Source: the human T2T-CHM13v2.0 reference genome, Homo sapiens
Reading direction: 5' to 3' (one strand)
DNA length: 64,000 bases
Assembly: GCF_009914755.1 (NCBI RefSeq)
Contig: NC_060928.1
The notes beneath the pieces were generated by a model. It did no database searches. It was not told the DNA's origin and was given only the letters and a program-made list of their open reading frames with translations. Shown here one piece after another: positions 26,728 through 39,420 of the stretch; the stretch's first letter is position 1, and each line of letters opens with the position of its first letter. Position numbers and translations under genes: made by a program.

Positions 26728-28743
26728 TGTATGAGTCTATTTTCATGCTGCTGATAAAGACATACCCAAGACTGGGAAGAAAAAGAGGTTTAATTGGACT
26801 TACAGTTCCACATGGCTGGGGAGGCCTCAGAATCATGGTGGGAGGTGAAAGGCACTTCTTACATGGTGGCAGCAAGAGAAAATGAGGAAGAAGCAAAAGC
26901 AGAAGCACCTGATAAACCCATCAGATCTCGTGAGACTTATTTAGTATCATGAGAATAGCATGGGAAAGACTGGGCCCAATGATTTAATTACCTCCCCCGG
27001 GTCCCTCCCACAACACCTGGGAATTCTGGGAGATAAAATTCAAGTTGAGAGTTGGGTGGGGACAAACCATATTATTCCACCCCTGGTCCCTCCCAAATCT
27101 CATGTCCTCACATTTCAAAACCAATCATGCCTTCCCGAAGTCCCCCAAAGTCTTAACTCATTTCAGCATTAACTCAAAACTCCACAGTCCAAAGTCTCAT
27201 CTGAGAAAAGGTAAGTACCTTCCACCTATGAGCTCATAAAATCAAATGCAAGCTAGTTATTTCCTAGACACAATGGGGATATAGGTATTTGGTAAATATA
27301 GCCATCCCAATGGGAGAAATTGGCTGAAACAAAGGGGTTACAGGGCCCATGGAAGTTTGAAATCCAGCAGGGTGGTCAAATTTTTTTACTAGTCAGTGCA
27401 CCAGCAGGGATTCTGTGTGGAGGCTCTGACCCCACGTTTTCCTTTTGCACTGTCCTAGCAGAGGTTCTCCATGAGAATCCCACCCCTTCAGCAAACTTTT
27501 GCCTAGGCATGCAGCCATTTCCATACATCTTCTGAAATCTAGGTGGAGGTTCCCAAACCTCAATTCTTGACTTCTGTGCATCCACAGACTCAACACCACA
27601 TGGAAGCTGCCAAGGCTTGGAGCTTCTACCCTCTGAAGCCACAGCCTGAGCTGTACGTTGGCTCCTTTCAGCCACGGCTGGAGCGGCTTGGACACAGGGC
27701 ACTAAGTCCCTAGACTGCACACAGCATGAGGACCCTGGGCCCAGTCCTCGAAACCACTTTTTCCTTCTGGGCCTCTGGGCCTGAGATGGGAGGGCCTGCC
27801 ATGAAGTTCTCTGACATGGCCTGGAGACATTTTCCCCATGGTCTTGGAAATTAACATTAGGCTCCTTGTTACTTATGCAAATTTCTACAGCTGGCTTGAA
27901 TTTCTCCCCAGAAAATTTTTTTTTTTTAATCCCACAGTCAGGGTGCAAATTTTCCAAACTTTTATGATCTGCTTCCCTTATAAAACAGAATGCCTTTAAC
28001 AGCACCCAAGTCACCTCTTGAATGTTTTGCTGCTTAGAATTTCTTCTACCAGATACCCAAAGTTCCACAGATCTCTAGGGCAGGGGTAAAAATGCCACCA
28101 GTCTCTTTGCTAAAACGTAACAAGAGTCACCTTTGCTCCAGTTCCCAACAAGTTCCTCATGTCCATCTGAGAAGACCTCAGCCTGGATTTTATTGTCCAT
28201 ATGTGTATCAGCATTTTGGGCAAAGCCATTCAACAAGTCTCTAGGAAGATCAAAACTTTCCCATATTTTCTCGTCTTCTTCCAAGCCCTTCAAACTGTTC
28301 CAATCTCTGCCTGTTACCCAGTTCCAATGTTGCTTCCACATTTTCAGGTATCATTTCAGCATCGCCCCACCCTACTGGTACCAATTTACTGTATTAGTCC
28401 ATTTTCACACTGCTGATAAAGACATACCCGAGACTGGGAAGAAAAAGAGGTTTAATTGGACTTACAGTTCCACATGGCTGTGGAGGCCTCAGAATCATGG
28501 TGGGAAGCAAAAGGCACTTCTTACATGGCAGTGGCAAGAGAAAATGAGGGAGAAGCAAAAGCACAAACCTCTGATAAACCCATCAGATCTTGTAAGACTT
28601 ATTCACTATCATAAGAATAGCAGGGGAAAGACTGGCCCTCATGATTCAATTACCTCCCTCTGGGTCCTTCTCACAACACATGGGAATTCTGGGAGATATA
28701 ATTCAAGTTGAGATTTGGATAGGGACACAGCCAAACTATATCA
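26728..28743 (-). mobile_element. THE1C-like MaLR with two LTRs (26728-27074, 28390-28743) and an internally deleted THE1-int
   Basis: Two direct ~350-bp repeats (TGCTGATAAAGACATACCC.AGACTGGGAAGAAAAAGAGGTTTAATTGGACTTACAGTTCCACATGGCTG...GGAATTCTGGGAGATA) flank THE1 internal sequence. Confidence 0.93.
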
Positions 28744-28994
28744 ACGGCAATTTTCTTTTCCAGTCTAAATCTTTTTCTTGTAATTTCCACTTTCCCCACA
28801 ATTCATTAATGTTTTCCTATCACACCATTTCTAATCTGATATATACAGCTGTAAACATAATGTATTTATAACACAGATTTGTGTCCATGCTTGTCTCACC
28901 TCTGCTAGAGGGTCACTGTCCAATAGAGTAGGTTCTGTGCCTTTGATAGTTTCATAATGTAACAATGCCTGATACAGAGTTCCACAAAGAGTGT

Positions 28995-29080
28995 TTATTA
29001 TATTATATTTATATTATATATAATATATATTTTATTTATATTATATATAATATATATTCTATATATATTATAATATTATA
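28995..29080. repeat. (TA)-rich low-complexity repeat
   Basis: Seen directly in the sequence. Confidence 0.85.
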
Positions 29081-29365
29081 TTTCCAGGCTAACAAATAGA
29101 TGATTATAAAGAAGAGATAACACAGAGCTTCAGAATATTCAAGGTTTGTTTTTCTAGTTTACACAAGCTTGTTAATCAGAGCTAGAAGCAGATGTAATAG
29201 AAGATTTTTGCAGCACCTGGAAAATAATTCTGAATCTATATAATGGTTAGCTAAATCAGAGGTCTGGCTGGGACCCTTTTATTTGTCATTTGAACCTAGG
29301 ACTCTCTGGGAGTGTGCCAAAAGAACACATAAAAGAACATTTTTTCTCCTATTTACTCTTTAATC

Positions 29366-29530
29366 TCATCTTCCTCCTTCCTCTTCTTCCCTCCTACTCC
29401 TCACCCTCCTCCTTTTCTTTCATCTCCTTGTCTTCCTCCTCTCCTCTCCCTCCTTCTCTTCTTCCTCTTCTTGCTGTCCTCCTCTCCCTCCCACTTCTAC
29501 TTCCATCACTCTTCCTCCTCTTTCTCTTCA
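29366..29530. repeat. CT-rich polypyrimidine low-complexity tract
   Basis: (TCC/CTT)n-like sequence with very few purines. Confidence 0.85.
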
Positions 29531-30859
29531 TTAATAGAATATGTTTTCAATTTCGATCGTACCCTACAAATTGTAGAAATAAAGTCACTAACTTTGGAAA
29601 TGAAAGCTAGAAATAATGATTAGAAAATAAATCCCAGGTATTATCATATTGTTTGCTGTGGCACTGTACTCCTTACCAACAGACTTCTTTATTCATTTCT
29701 TTAGAAATTCGAGAAACTTGACAGGTGGCCATGTAGCTTCCACTCACACTTAAACTCTTAGAAGTGCCAACAATCCTCTATAATGCTTAATAATGGTATA
29801 GGGTGATAACCCAGCTTGTTTATGTTAGTATCATTGTGTGTTGAACTATATCTATGATATGTAGAATGCATTTAAGAACTTTTCCTCCTGATATTGTATT
29901 ATAGAATTACAATACTTATTTTATTATTAAGAAAATTTACATATTTTATTAGCAATAGAAGAAATCATAGAAACTATGTTATTGAACTGCATCTATAATA
30001 TTGAAAAGAACAAAAATCTTAAATGCACATAACTAGCTTGCTGAAGGCATGAGGAAGAAAGCAGCTACTCACATTTACTCCTTAGAACCACGATACTTCT
30101 TTGTAATATAATTTAGTGTTGTTAAGGAATAGTCATTTCTTATTTCCTAAAAGATTTCTGTGGTTTATACACCTGGCCTTTGGAGCCTCATTTCTTTATC
30201 ACCTCATGCTTTTAAAAAACTTTCTCCAAAGTTGCAGGGAAGGGACTTCCCTGGACCTACATGGTTTACTGAAAAATGAGAGGTTAAATTGACCTCAGGG
30301 TGAGTGAAGGACAGAAACCTGACTTGCTCCACAGAGAAAAACTCCTGAGATTTACAATGAGATGTATTCTCAGCCCTCACTTCCCTTTTCTGTGGTCATT
30401 TTTTCCTCCAGGCCTAAACACTTTAAGCTGTTCCTTCTGTGTAAGGAAATCAATTTGGCCACCTCTTTCATAATCAAGAATTATAGAATGAATTACTACT
30501 CATGGAGAATTTGCCATTTAAAAGGTGGTAACTTGACATCCCATTCTTACCGTTGTTAAGCAAGAGTGGAAGACTGGTAAAATTAATCACTTCAACTGCC
30601 ATTGCTCTTTCAAAATCCAGGCTGTTTCCTTGAATGCATCACTGTTAGGAAGAATGCTAACTGAGTCCCATTCAACATGTACAACTGTAGCCAGATTCTG
30701 ACAACAGGGGAAATATACTTGCAGCAAGACTGGGCAAGGTGGCCATAGGCGATAGAGCGAGCCTTGAGGTAAAGGAATTCTGTTTCTCCTAATTGATAAA
30801 TCGGTCCTGATCATGACCCCCTGCTGGCAAAATATCGTAAACGCCTTTTTTCACACATT

Positions 30860-31290
30860 GGTTAACAGGCAGCACAGGACAGTGATTCTTGAGAGAAAGC
30901 GAACAAATCAGGTGAGGCCTAAAATCATCTTAGCTTCCCACCTGGAGGCCCTCTCAAGGTTGATTCACAGGAAGGGGAATCCAAGCAGAAGTAATAGTTT
31001 CACAGAGTCCACTGAGGAGCCAGACTCAGAAAACACAGAGGGTGAGGATTTTCAATTTATGTGGGAAAGCACTCAGTGAGGACGTAGCTATGCAGAAAAA
31101 AGAGCTACAGAAATTTGCCTAATGGTCACCTGAAGTCTGCTGCTGAATTCTAAGCTGTGGATTGATAGGGTGAAACTGTGGTCAGGCAAAGAACTGCTAG
31201 GGAGCTGATAAATTTCCAGAACTCATATAGCACTAAGAGGCTTTACATTTCCAAATACCAAGAGTAGAAATACCTCATTAAAAAGATCAA
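30860..31290 (+). mobile_element. Old L1M 5' region fragment (L1MD/L1M4-like)
   Basis: GGCAGCACAGGACAGTGATTCTTGAGAGAAAG...AACAAATCAGGTGAG resembles old L1M 5'UTRs. Confidence 0.4.
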
Positions 31291-31299
31291 TAAAAACAA

Positions 31300-31582
31300 C
31301 ATACCTGTAATCCTAGTACTTCGGAGTCCAAGGCAGTAGGATCACTTAAGCTTAGGAGTTTGAGATCATCCTGGGCAACAGAGCAAGGTCTTGTCTCTAC
31401 AAAAAATTAAATATTTAGCCAGGTGTGGTGGTGCATGCCTGTAGTCTTGCTGCTCAGGAGGCTGAGATGGGAGGATTGCTTGAGTCCGGCAGCTCGAAGC
31501 TGCAGTGAGCTGTGATCATACCATTGCACTCAAGACTGGGTGACAGAGAGTGATTCCCTGTCTCAAAAAAAAAAAAAAAAAA
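31300..31582 (+). mobile_element. AluJ SINE (slightly 5'-truncated)
   Basis: Dimer with an A tail. Confidence 0.9.
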
Positions 31583-31612
31583 GAGAGAGAGAGACAGATT
31601 GTCAATATCATA

Positions 31613-32387
31613 TGATACTGTTTGGCTCTTTGTCTTCACCCAAATCTCATGCCGAATTATAATCCCCACTGTTGGAGGAGGGGCCTGGTGGTGAGGCAGG
31701 AAAACAGGGTCTGGATGCAGGGAATATAAGGCCAATTCACACTTCAGCTATGACAGGAAATATCCTCTCTGCAGGGCACAGGCCAAGTAAATAACTTTGT
31801 AACTTTACTTCACCCTCTCCATTTACATAAGGTGTACCTGAAGTAACCAGTGGAATCCTCTAGAGGGTAAACTCCCCAAAATACTGTAACGGGGCCCTTG
31901 AGCCCCTATGCCTGGGCTCACTCCCACACCATGGAGTGTACTTTGATTTTCAATAAATCCCTTAATTTCTTCCTTGCTTTGTTTGTGCATTTTGTCCGAT
32001 TCTTTGTTCAAGACTCCAAGAACCTGGATACGCTCCGTGGGTGACAGTGGGAGATGATTGAATCATGGGTGTGGTTTCTAATGGTCTCGTGATAAAGTTC
32101 TCACGAGGCCATTAGAGTACTGTTTCATGATAAAGTTCTCATGAGAGTTGGTTGTTTGAAAGCGTGTAGCACTTCTTCCTTCACTCTCTCTCTTCCTGCC
32201 AGCCATGTGAAGATATGCCTGCTTCTCCTTTGCCTTCGTCCATGATTGTAAGTTTCCTGAGGTGTCTCCAGAAGCAAAAGCCTGCACAGCCCACAGAACT
32301 AGAACTATCAGCCACTTAGACCTCTTTCCTTTGTAAATTACCCAGTCTCAGGTATGTCTTTTAGCAGTGCAAGAACAGACTAATACA
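31613..32387 (+). mobile_element. MSTA-type MaLR solo LTR, interrupted by MER61
   Basis: TGATACTGTTTGGCTCTTTGTCTTCACCCAAATCTCATG ... TTACCCAGTCTCAGGTATGTCTTTTAGCAGTGCAAGAACAGACTAATACA. Flanks are TCATA / TCAGA. Confidence 0.88.
31692..32046 (+). mobile_element. MER61-type ERV1 solo LTR nested in MSTA
   Basis: TGAGGCAGGAAAACAGGGTCTGG...TTCACACTTCAGCTATGACAGGAAATATCC...AATAAA...TGACA. 4-bp TSD GTGG. Confidence 0.85.
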
Positions 32388-32560
32388 TCAGAAATAAAGG
32401 AAAAGCCATCAGTCTAGATCTTATCAACATTTAAAGAATAACAAGGGAATATGAACAATGTGATGACAATACATTTGGTAACTTTGATTAATGGACATAC
32501 TCCTTGAATGACACAGATTACCAGAATAAACACAAGAAGTAGCAGAAAGTCTGAAGAGTA
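32388..32560 (+). mobile_element. Old L1M ORF2 fragment (host of the MSTA insertion)
   Basis: GACAGATTGTCAATATCA|GAAATAAAGG...AATAACAAGGGAATATGAACAAT...ACATTTGGTAACTTTGATTAATGGACA. Confidence 0.55.
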
Positions 32561-33099
32561 GTCTAGAAGTTACTCCATCTTGAGGTGGTACTTTAGATTC
32601 CCCATCCTTCCTGGTTTTGGCTAAGGTAGCAGAGTTGCTTACCCTGACAAAGCTCAACATAAAGGTCAGAGCAGTTTACTGCATGTTTCATGAAACATGA
32701 AACAGAGGGTGTTTAGCTGTGAAGGCACTAAGGTAGACAGTGTAAAAGCAATAACGCAAGCAAAACCCCTCCTGAGAAATTCATCATTGAAGAGTGAAAA
32801 TAAGAAAGTGAAACTTGTGAGGGAGAATGGGGAATACCATTCAGTGAGCATAAAAGTAGGACAGAGCAGTTGCTTGGAATCAGCCATTAGGGAAGAATTC
32901 ACTTGATATCCAAGAGATAATTCATAAAATAAGGCTGAAGAAGAAACAGATAAAGATGAGATTCTTAGTACAGGTAAAAGGTGTTTTGTTTTGTTTTTTT
33001 TTTTTAAATAGCAGGATATTTCCTTTTTTGGCTAACAAAACTGAAGGAGAAGTGGTAATAAGATAAAGTTTTCAGATTAGGAAAGAAAGAAGTCAACAA

Positions 33100-33469
33100 A
33101 ACTTCTAGTTAAGTTGGAATTGAGAACTTATGTACCTTTTTAAAACCAAAGAATGATGAATCTGTGCAGAAGAAACAAGACAAATAAAAAGGGAGTTAAG
33201 TTTCCAGGAGTGGGAAAATGATTAGGAAATATATGGGGGAAACTATGAAAGATAAGGGTTATTTTAGTAGGTTTGTTTATACAGATCCATTTTGGTGGAT
33301 ATCAACACCCAGTCTCCCATTCTCATGGGAATTTTTATGACATGGTTTTAGGTAGAAACATGGAGATCAGAGACCCCTTTCTGCATCTGCTGTTTCTCAA
33401 GCACCTTTAGCTCAAAATAACCGATATGCCCACGCTGCATATTTTGGGTGGCATGTTCTGAACTCCTGT
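33100..33469 (-). mobile_element. MER31/MER67-like ERV1 LTR fragment
   Basis: Minus strand CAGAACATGCCACCCAAAATATGCAGCG...TTATTTTGAGCTAAAGG...GAGAAACAGCAGATGCAGAAAG. Confidence 0.6.
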
Positions 33470-33474
33470 GGAAT

Positions 33475-33660
33475 GACTGAAGTCTTTGTTCAAGGTCTCA
33501 TAAGCCTATAATCAAAGTGTAGGCTGGGCTTAGTTATTGTCTGGAGATTCTGGGGAAAAACCCATTTACAAGTTCATCCTTGTTTTTGGCAGAATTCAGT
33601 TCCTTGACTGACAGTCAAGGATGCCTGTCAGTAGCTAGAGGTTTCCCACGTTCCTTGACA
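33475..33660 (-). mobile_element. MLT1-type MaLR LTR fragment
   Basis: AATCAAAGTGTAGGCTGGGCT...TCTGGAGATTCTGGGGAAAAACCC...TTGGCAGAATTCAGTTCCTTG. Confidence 0.55.
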
Positions 33661-33668
33661 TATAGTGC

Positions 33669-33807
33669 ATATACACACACACACACACACACACACATAT
33701 GTGTATATGTATATACATATGTGTATATATATACACATATGTGTGTGTATATATATAGTGTGTATATATGTATAAAGTTTATTTATATATATATATATAT
33801 ATATATA
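33669..33807. repeat. Compound (CA)n/(TG)n/(TA)n microsatellite
   Basis: Seen directly in the sequence. Confidence 0.92.
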
Positions 33808-34463
33808 AACTTTAATGAGGATTGTGAACCTGCTGAAAGCCCTTAGGACATTCCAAAGTCCAAAGGTCCAAAGTGAGTCACTTGAGATTATGTGTGGCTC
33901 TGCTTGCCCAATTAATGTACACATCTGTAGTTGAAGTATAGCTATTCTAATGTCATCATGCTGAAGGTAATCTAGTTGGTGTCTTTTGAATAAATAAATG
34001 ATGTACATTCTCTAGTCTCTAGAGCAACTTTTGGATGACCAAGATTGAATCCTTTGAAAAAGGATGACCATTTTCTCACTTTTTTTGTTATGTTGCATGT
34101 TTTTCTAATACCTGTCACAGTTAGTCCTGAGAATATTATAGGATAAATACTGGTCTTTTGTATATGGGCTGTCCCATCTGCATTGACTTTGTACTTATGA
34201 TTCATACTTTCAGGCAACATTTACGCCAACTATGCCAAAGAGCATGAAGATTTTTTTTGGCTTATTCCCTACCTACTGTCAGCTTATGTATTTGCAGTTA
34301 TACTTCCCTATTTCTGTTGGCTTGTAAAAATGTGTTTCTTCAGTACAAAATTTGTTCATATTGAGTTAAAATGCCAATTTGAGTTAAACTGGGTTTCACT
34401 GATCATCTTGTGAGTGCCTAGCTGATCTAAATTATCCTTTTTTGCAATCTAGATGGAAGTTGA

Positions 34464-34745
<282 letters not shown>

Positions 34746-37700
34746 GACGTAAGTTTAAAGCATCAATTATAAAATCAGTAGCGTTTACTAATTTAACAAA
34801 AGTTTACATTCCTTGCTTTTGCATAGATTGGTTAAAAATGTTGTTAATTTTTCAACTCATGTTTAAAAAGGGATGAATTTCTGATTTTAATTTAAAATGT
34901 CTCATCATTAGATATTTTTTAGAATTTAAGTTGTGTAACTAATATTTGTCACTTTGATTTGCCATGTATATAATTCAATCCTCTAGATATTACGCAAATG
35001 CATCCAAAACTTGGTGATAAAGCACTGCTCTCCATAACCAATATGTTAGCCAAGGCCTTGAATTAGTATTGTTTAGAGGTATCTGTCCTACTGAGACAAC
35101 TCTAACTGAAATGAAATGTTTTCTGGTGAACAACTTTCCAGACTTAAGTCATCTGTGCAGTCTGTTCAGCTCATCACAGTAATTTAAAGGACTTGGCATT
35201 AGGAAAATGATTGTAAAACTTCAAAGTCATGTACTAAAACTTTTTCTAGCAGCCACATTAATGGCAGTATCTCCATGAGTGAACATTTAGTTTATCCCAC
35301 CTGCCAAATATATAAATGTTTACATCTTTCAAAATGGTAGAATGTGTAGGTTAAATAAATTTTAAAATCTTCTTCACCTTGTAGCAATATCACTGACCCA
35401 GCACTGGGGAGGGGTCACTCTTCCAGGTGAAAGATGTTCTTGAGCTGTCTCTCACTATTCCATTGCTCAGGGGTGGGTCTATTTCTGCCGTTTCCTGGGC
35501 TTCCATCCCTCTGGACCACTAACTGGATCATGTCGGTTTCTTAGGGATGTGGGAAGTTTGTGGGTGTGGGTATGTGGGGAAGTGAGAGGTAGCAAAATCT
35601 CCAGAAGCAATCTCATTTTGAAAAATGTATGCATTTATCAAATATATTAGGCTAAATATCTCTGAAATGTGTGACAAGTTTCAATTTCCCGAGAAGGACA
35701 TTGATTCTATTCCACAGATTTTCTCTGGAAACAATAAATCAATCATCATTTTACATCATCCGTTCTGTAGAATATTTTGCTCTCATGTTCTTGTTGATAA
35801 ACAAGAAACATTCCACTCCACTTAGGTCAGACAATACTTGGAGAAATGGAAATGTCCATTTCCAGCAGGGAATGTGTTGATCAGGAGAAGTTGAGCAGAC
35901 AGAGAGCTCCAAGGACTTTTCAGTTTCTCAGATTCAGGTCTCTATGGCCTACTTTTATTACTTTGTCTGAAATGCAAATTCTCAGAATGCCAGGCACACC
36001 CATATTCCAGTGCAAGAATAAAAACAAAATTGAAAGCCAACTACAGTTGAGCTTTTTATTGCCTATCTCTTTGATCTTGTCCTCTCTCGTCTATCCTTCT
36101 CACTCCCAATTAACTGGAATAATCCGAAGGCTGTCTGTATTTAGTGATAAACAACTATAAAAAGGAGGTAATTCATACAATGTAGATACATTCCTAAATG
36201 ACCAGAAGGCCTCTCTTCTTGCTGAATGTTCTGAACAGTATCAGGTGTTACTGATACGTTGTTTCTCAGTGGTATAGCTGACCTTTATTAAGAGAAAAAA
36301 ATGCAGGGATGAATTCTCAAATCCAGCCGCTGCTGCTGTTGGGCCTGTTTTCTTTTCTCACAGAAGATTAAGGGTAGGCTTACTTGAGATTCTATGTTCT
36401 GGCAAGTCTTGTTGCTGAACTTGGCAGGAGCATTCAAATATCTTTATTAGATGCCATGAATCAAGTTCCATTGCAGAATTCATAACCTTTCAAATCTGGC
36501 TGCCTTGTTTTGTCAACCTCACAAAAAAGGTGTGGCTTCAAATAATGTTCATTTTGTGGTGTAGTGATCCAGTGATAAAGGTAAATCTTGTTCCATAGCC
36601 TATGCAGGCAATCTTCATTTAAAACACATGGATCTGTGAGTTTGAAATGTCTACAGAAGTTCCAAATATGATCCACAAGATTTTGCCAAAGAAAAGAGTT
36701 GGGCTGAAAAAGTACTAGCTTTTTTTGAAAAATGCCAATATTTTCTTTGAGCCTGATGACAGTCCGTTGGCTTTTGTTCTTTAAAGATACAAATCGCCAT
36801 AGTTTTAGTGGGAAATTATGTTACTACTTTCTTGGAGCAAAGATTTGAAATTGCTCTCTCCAAATCGCTTCCAATTCCAGAAATCTGGCCTAAGGGGATC
36901 CAAAATCTTAGAGATGTACAAGACTTAGCCTGCCATTCAGGCATGGCCCCAGCTATCAAGAAAAGCTATAGACAATCAGGAGGTTTTGTAAATACCAGTG
37001 AGAAAAAAACTTAACTTGTGTATGGTATAGGCACTCTTGAACCTGAGTTTTGCTTTTGTAGCAGTACTTTAGCCTGGAGGCCCTTGGAGGTGAAAGAGTA
37101 TATTCAACAGGCACATTCAGAAACCCATCTCTCTATGGAGGTGAAAGGTATTGAAAGATAGACTATCAGTTCCCTGAGATTAATAAAGGGAAGATAGCAT
37201 CTTCAAGGATGGTTTTGGTGTGCACTAACATTCTGTATGACAGGCGACAGGTGACAGACTAGCATAAAAATTCTGGTCCAAATCTGAAAATCATAAAATT
37301 GCCCAAATAAATATAATTTAATGGCATTTTTGTCTATGCATGATGCAATTGTGGATATGAATGTATTAGACATCTATTGCTTTGTATAAAGTAAAACTGT
37401 TCTTTTGTGCTTATGAAAATATCCGTGGTGAGCTGGGGGCATTAGCTTTATGTAAAAAATGTTGTGTTTGGGGTATTGTATGTGGTTATTTCATAGAGAA
37501 TAATTCTATGTTAGAGTAAAGACAGAAAAGCACTTGCTATTTCAGCTCCTATTTCTGATTCTGTGAAACTTTGATAATAGGTCCATGGATGTAGTGGACT
37601 AAATGATCAACGTGCATTATGTCTCTTTAAGACTCAGATTACCTAGGAATGCAGTTTTTTTCCCAGTTGTGTAATAGCAGCTGACTGAACACACAGATTA

Positions 37701-39227
37701 AATCCTATTACCTTCACAGTGGCTATCTATTGCTTTTAATTGTTCAGAGGCACTATGCCAGGGTAAAACCCTGTCATTTTGAGAGGTCACATTCGGAAAT
37801 GGAACACCTTAGTTATGTATACTAGTGCCATTTACATGCTTAACACTCCACCTGTGTTCTCACAGCCACTGTATGCTGTAAACACTCTTTGTTTATTAAG
37901 TCTTATGATGCAAACTTAACAGAATGACTGAGAAAACAACCTGCCATTGTTTTTCTCCAGTTGCCATCCATTAAGAACATTTTGATTTGGAAATTTATCC
38001 TCTCCTTCCTATATATTTAAAGCCTCTGTTAAAAATCAAATGGACCTTGAGCAAACTTTTAAAGGTCTGGGAGGTGTTTAATTACTTGGTACTGAAACTC
38101 TGGCATTTTGTATTTTTTTTTTTTTTTTTTTGGTAATTGCTATTATACCTCCTCCTGTGGTACAGACTCCCCTTCGCAGAAATCCCCATAAATTAAACTT
38201 CTTTCCATTAGTGGAGAGATGAAGAAAGGACAGCCCTGTTTTAGTTTCCTCCATAGAATAATGCATATTTATTTTATATCGTGAGAGGCTGTTAGGTTTG
38301 GGCTCTGCTTCCAGAGGTCCAGATGGTTTAATAAAAAAAGTAGAATACATGGCATATTTTCTTTTTCTCATCGAGAAAGAAACAGCTTTATGTCAAGTTA
38401 ATTTGTAAGTTACAAGTTGAAGGAAACTGCTATGTAAATAAAAAGACTGATAAAAGAGAAGAAAACAGGGCAGGTAGAGGCATCCTGCCCAGAAAAAAAA
38501 AAAAAAAAAGCATATAATAAAAAATGACTTCTTTTAAACAAAGACTGAAATGTTTACATGATTTACCTCAGTCTGAGTTTATACATAGCTCTAGTCCCTG
38601 AAGTAATCTCAGCTCCAGTGTATTTGCAAACAGCTAGTGTCCTAAATTCTTCACTATGTAATACATTAAGAAGAACATGTTATGAGTTAAAACCAAAAGA
38701 AAAAAGAAACAGTATGAATAAGCAAGTTAAGACTATGAAGGCTTGCCCAAGGGCAGATATTCAGCAACATCCAGACACATACAGTTTGGAGCGAACTTGA
38801 TTAATGCTTACACAAAACTTGTTAACCTCTAATAATTAAAACTTTCCCTTCTGATGGAAAGTTCAGTACAGTATTTTTAGAGCCTTTTGGATTTTATCTC
38901 TTAACAGAAGTATATACATGTAGTTCATAGACTTGCTCTTTTGTTTTACAATATCCACCTTTAAACAAGAAAGACTGAAAGAATAGTTGAGGATTTTGCA
39001 GCATTATCTTGGCTATATCAACAATTTAACAATAACAAACTAGTTTTTTGAGAAAAAAATGGAATGAAAAAATATTAAAGATGGGAATTTTGGATGGAGA
39101 CTTTAAAAGTATAGTATCATATACTAAACACTATATGGGAAACCATATTTAAATCTAGAATATTGAAAGAAATTCCATTAACCCTATGAAAAAAATGCTT
39201 CTTTCCTTTGAATAATAGTCTTTTGTT

Positions 39228-39420
39228 GGGAACACCAGACACTGGAGAATACAAGAGAAAAAGAGGGGTAAAAGTTGAAAAAGCTACCTATTGGGTACTA
39301 TGCTCACTACCTCCATGATAGATTGATTTATATTTCAAACCTCAGCATCATGAAATATAGCTTTGTAACAAACCTCCATGCATACCCCCAATTCTAAAGT
39401 AAAAGTTGAAAAGAAAAAAA
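39228..39420 (+). mobile_element. Short 5'-truncated L1 3' end (L1PA15/16 or L1PB4-like)
   Basis: GTTGAAAAAGCTACCTATTGGGTACTATGCTCACTACCT...AAACCTCAGCATCA...GTAACAAACCT, then an A tail. TSD-like AATAATA(G/A)TCTTTT. Confidence 0.82.

Noticed and set aside
27376-28711. Longest ORFs in the window (230 aa and 192 aa)
   Set aside because: They lie within THE1 internal/LTR sequence. They are MaLR remnants affected by deletions, not host genes.
29290-29610. 106-aa Leu/Ser/Pro-rich ORF resembling a membrane protein
   Set aside because: It is a translation of the CT-rich low-complexity tract.
31692-32046. p53 response element in the MER61 LTR
   Set aside because: Some MER61 subfamilies carry p53 sites, but I see no paired RRRCWWGYYY match in this copy.
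33580-34008. ORFs with THTH / YIYI / CVCV runs
   Set aside because: Microsatellite translations.
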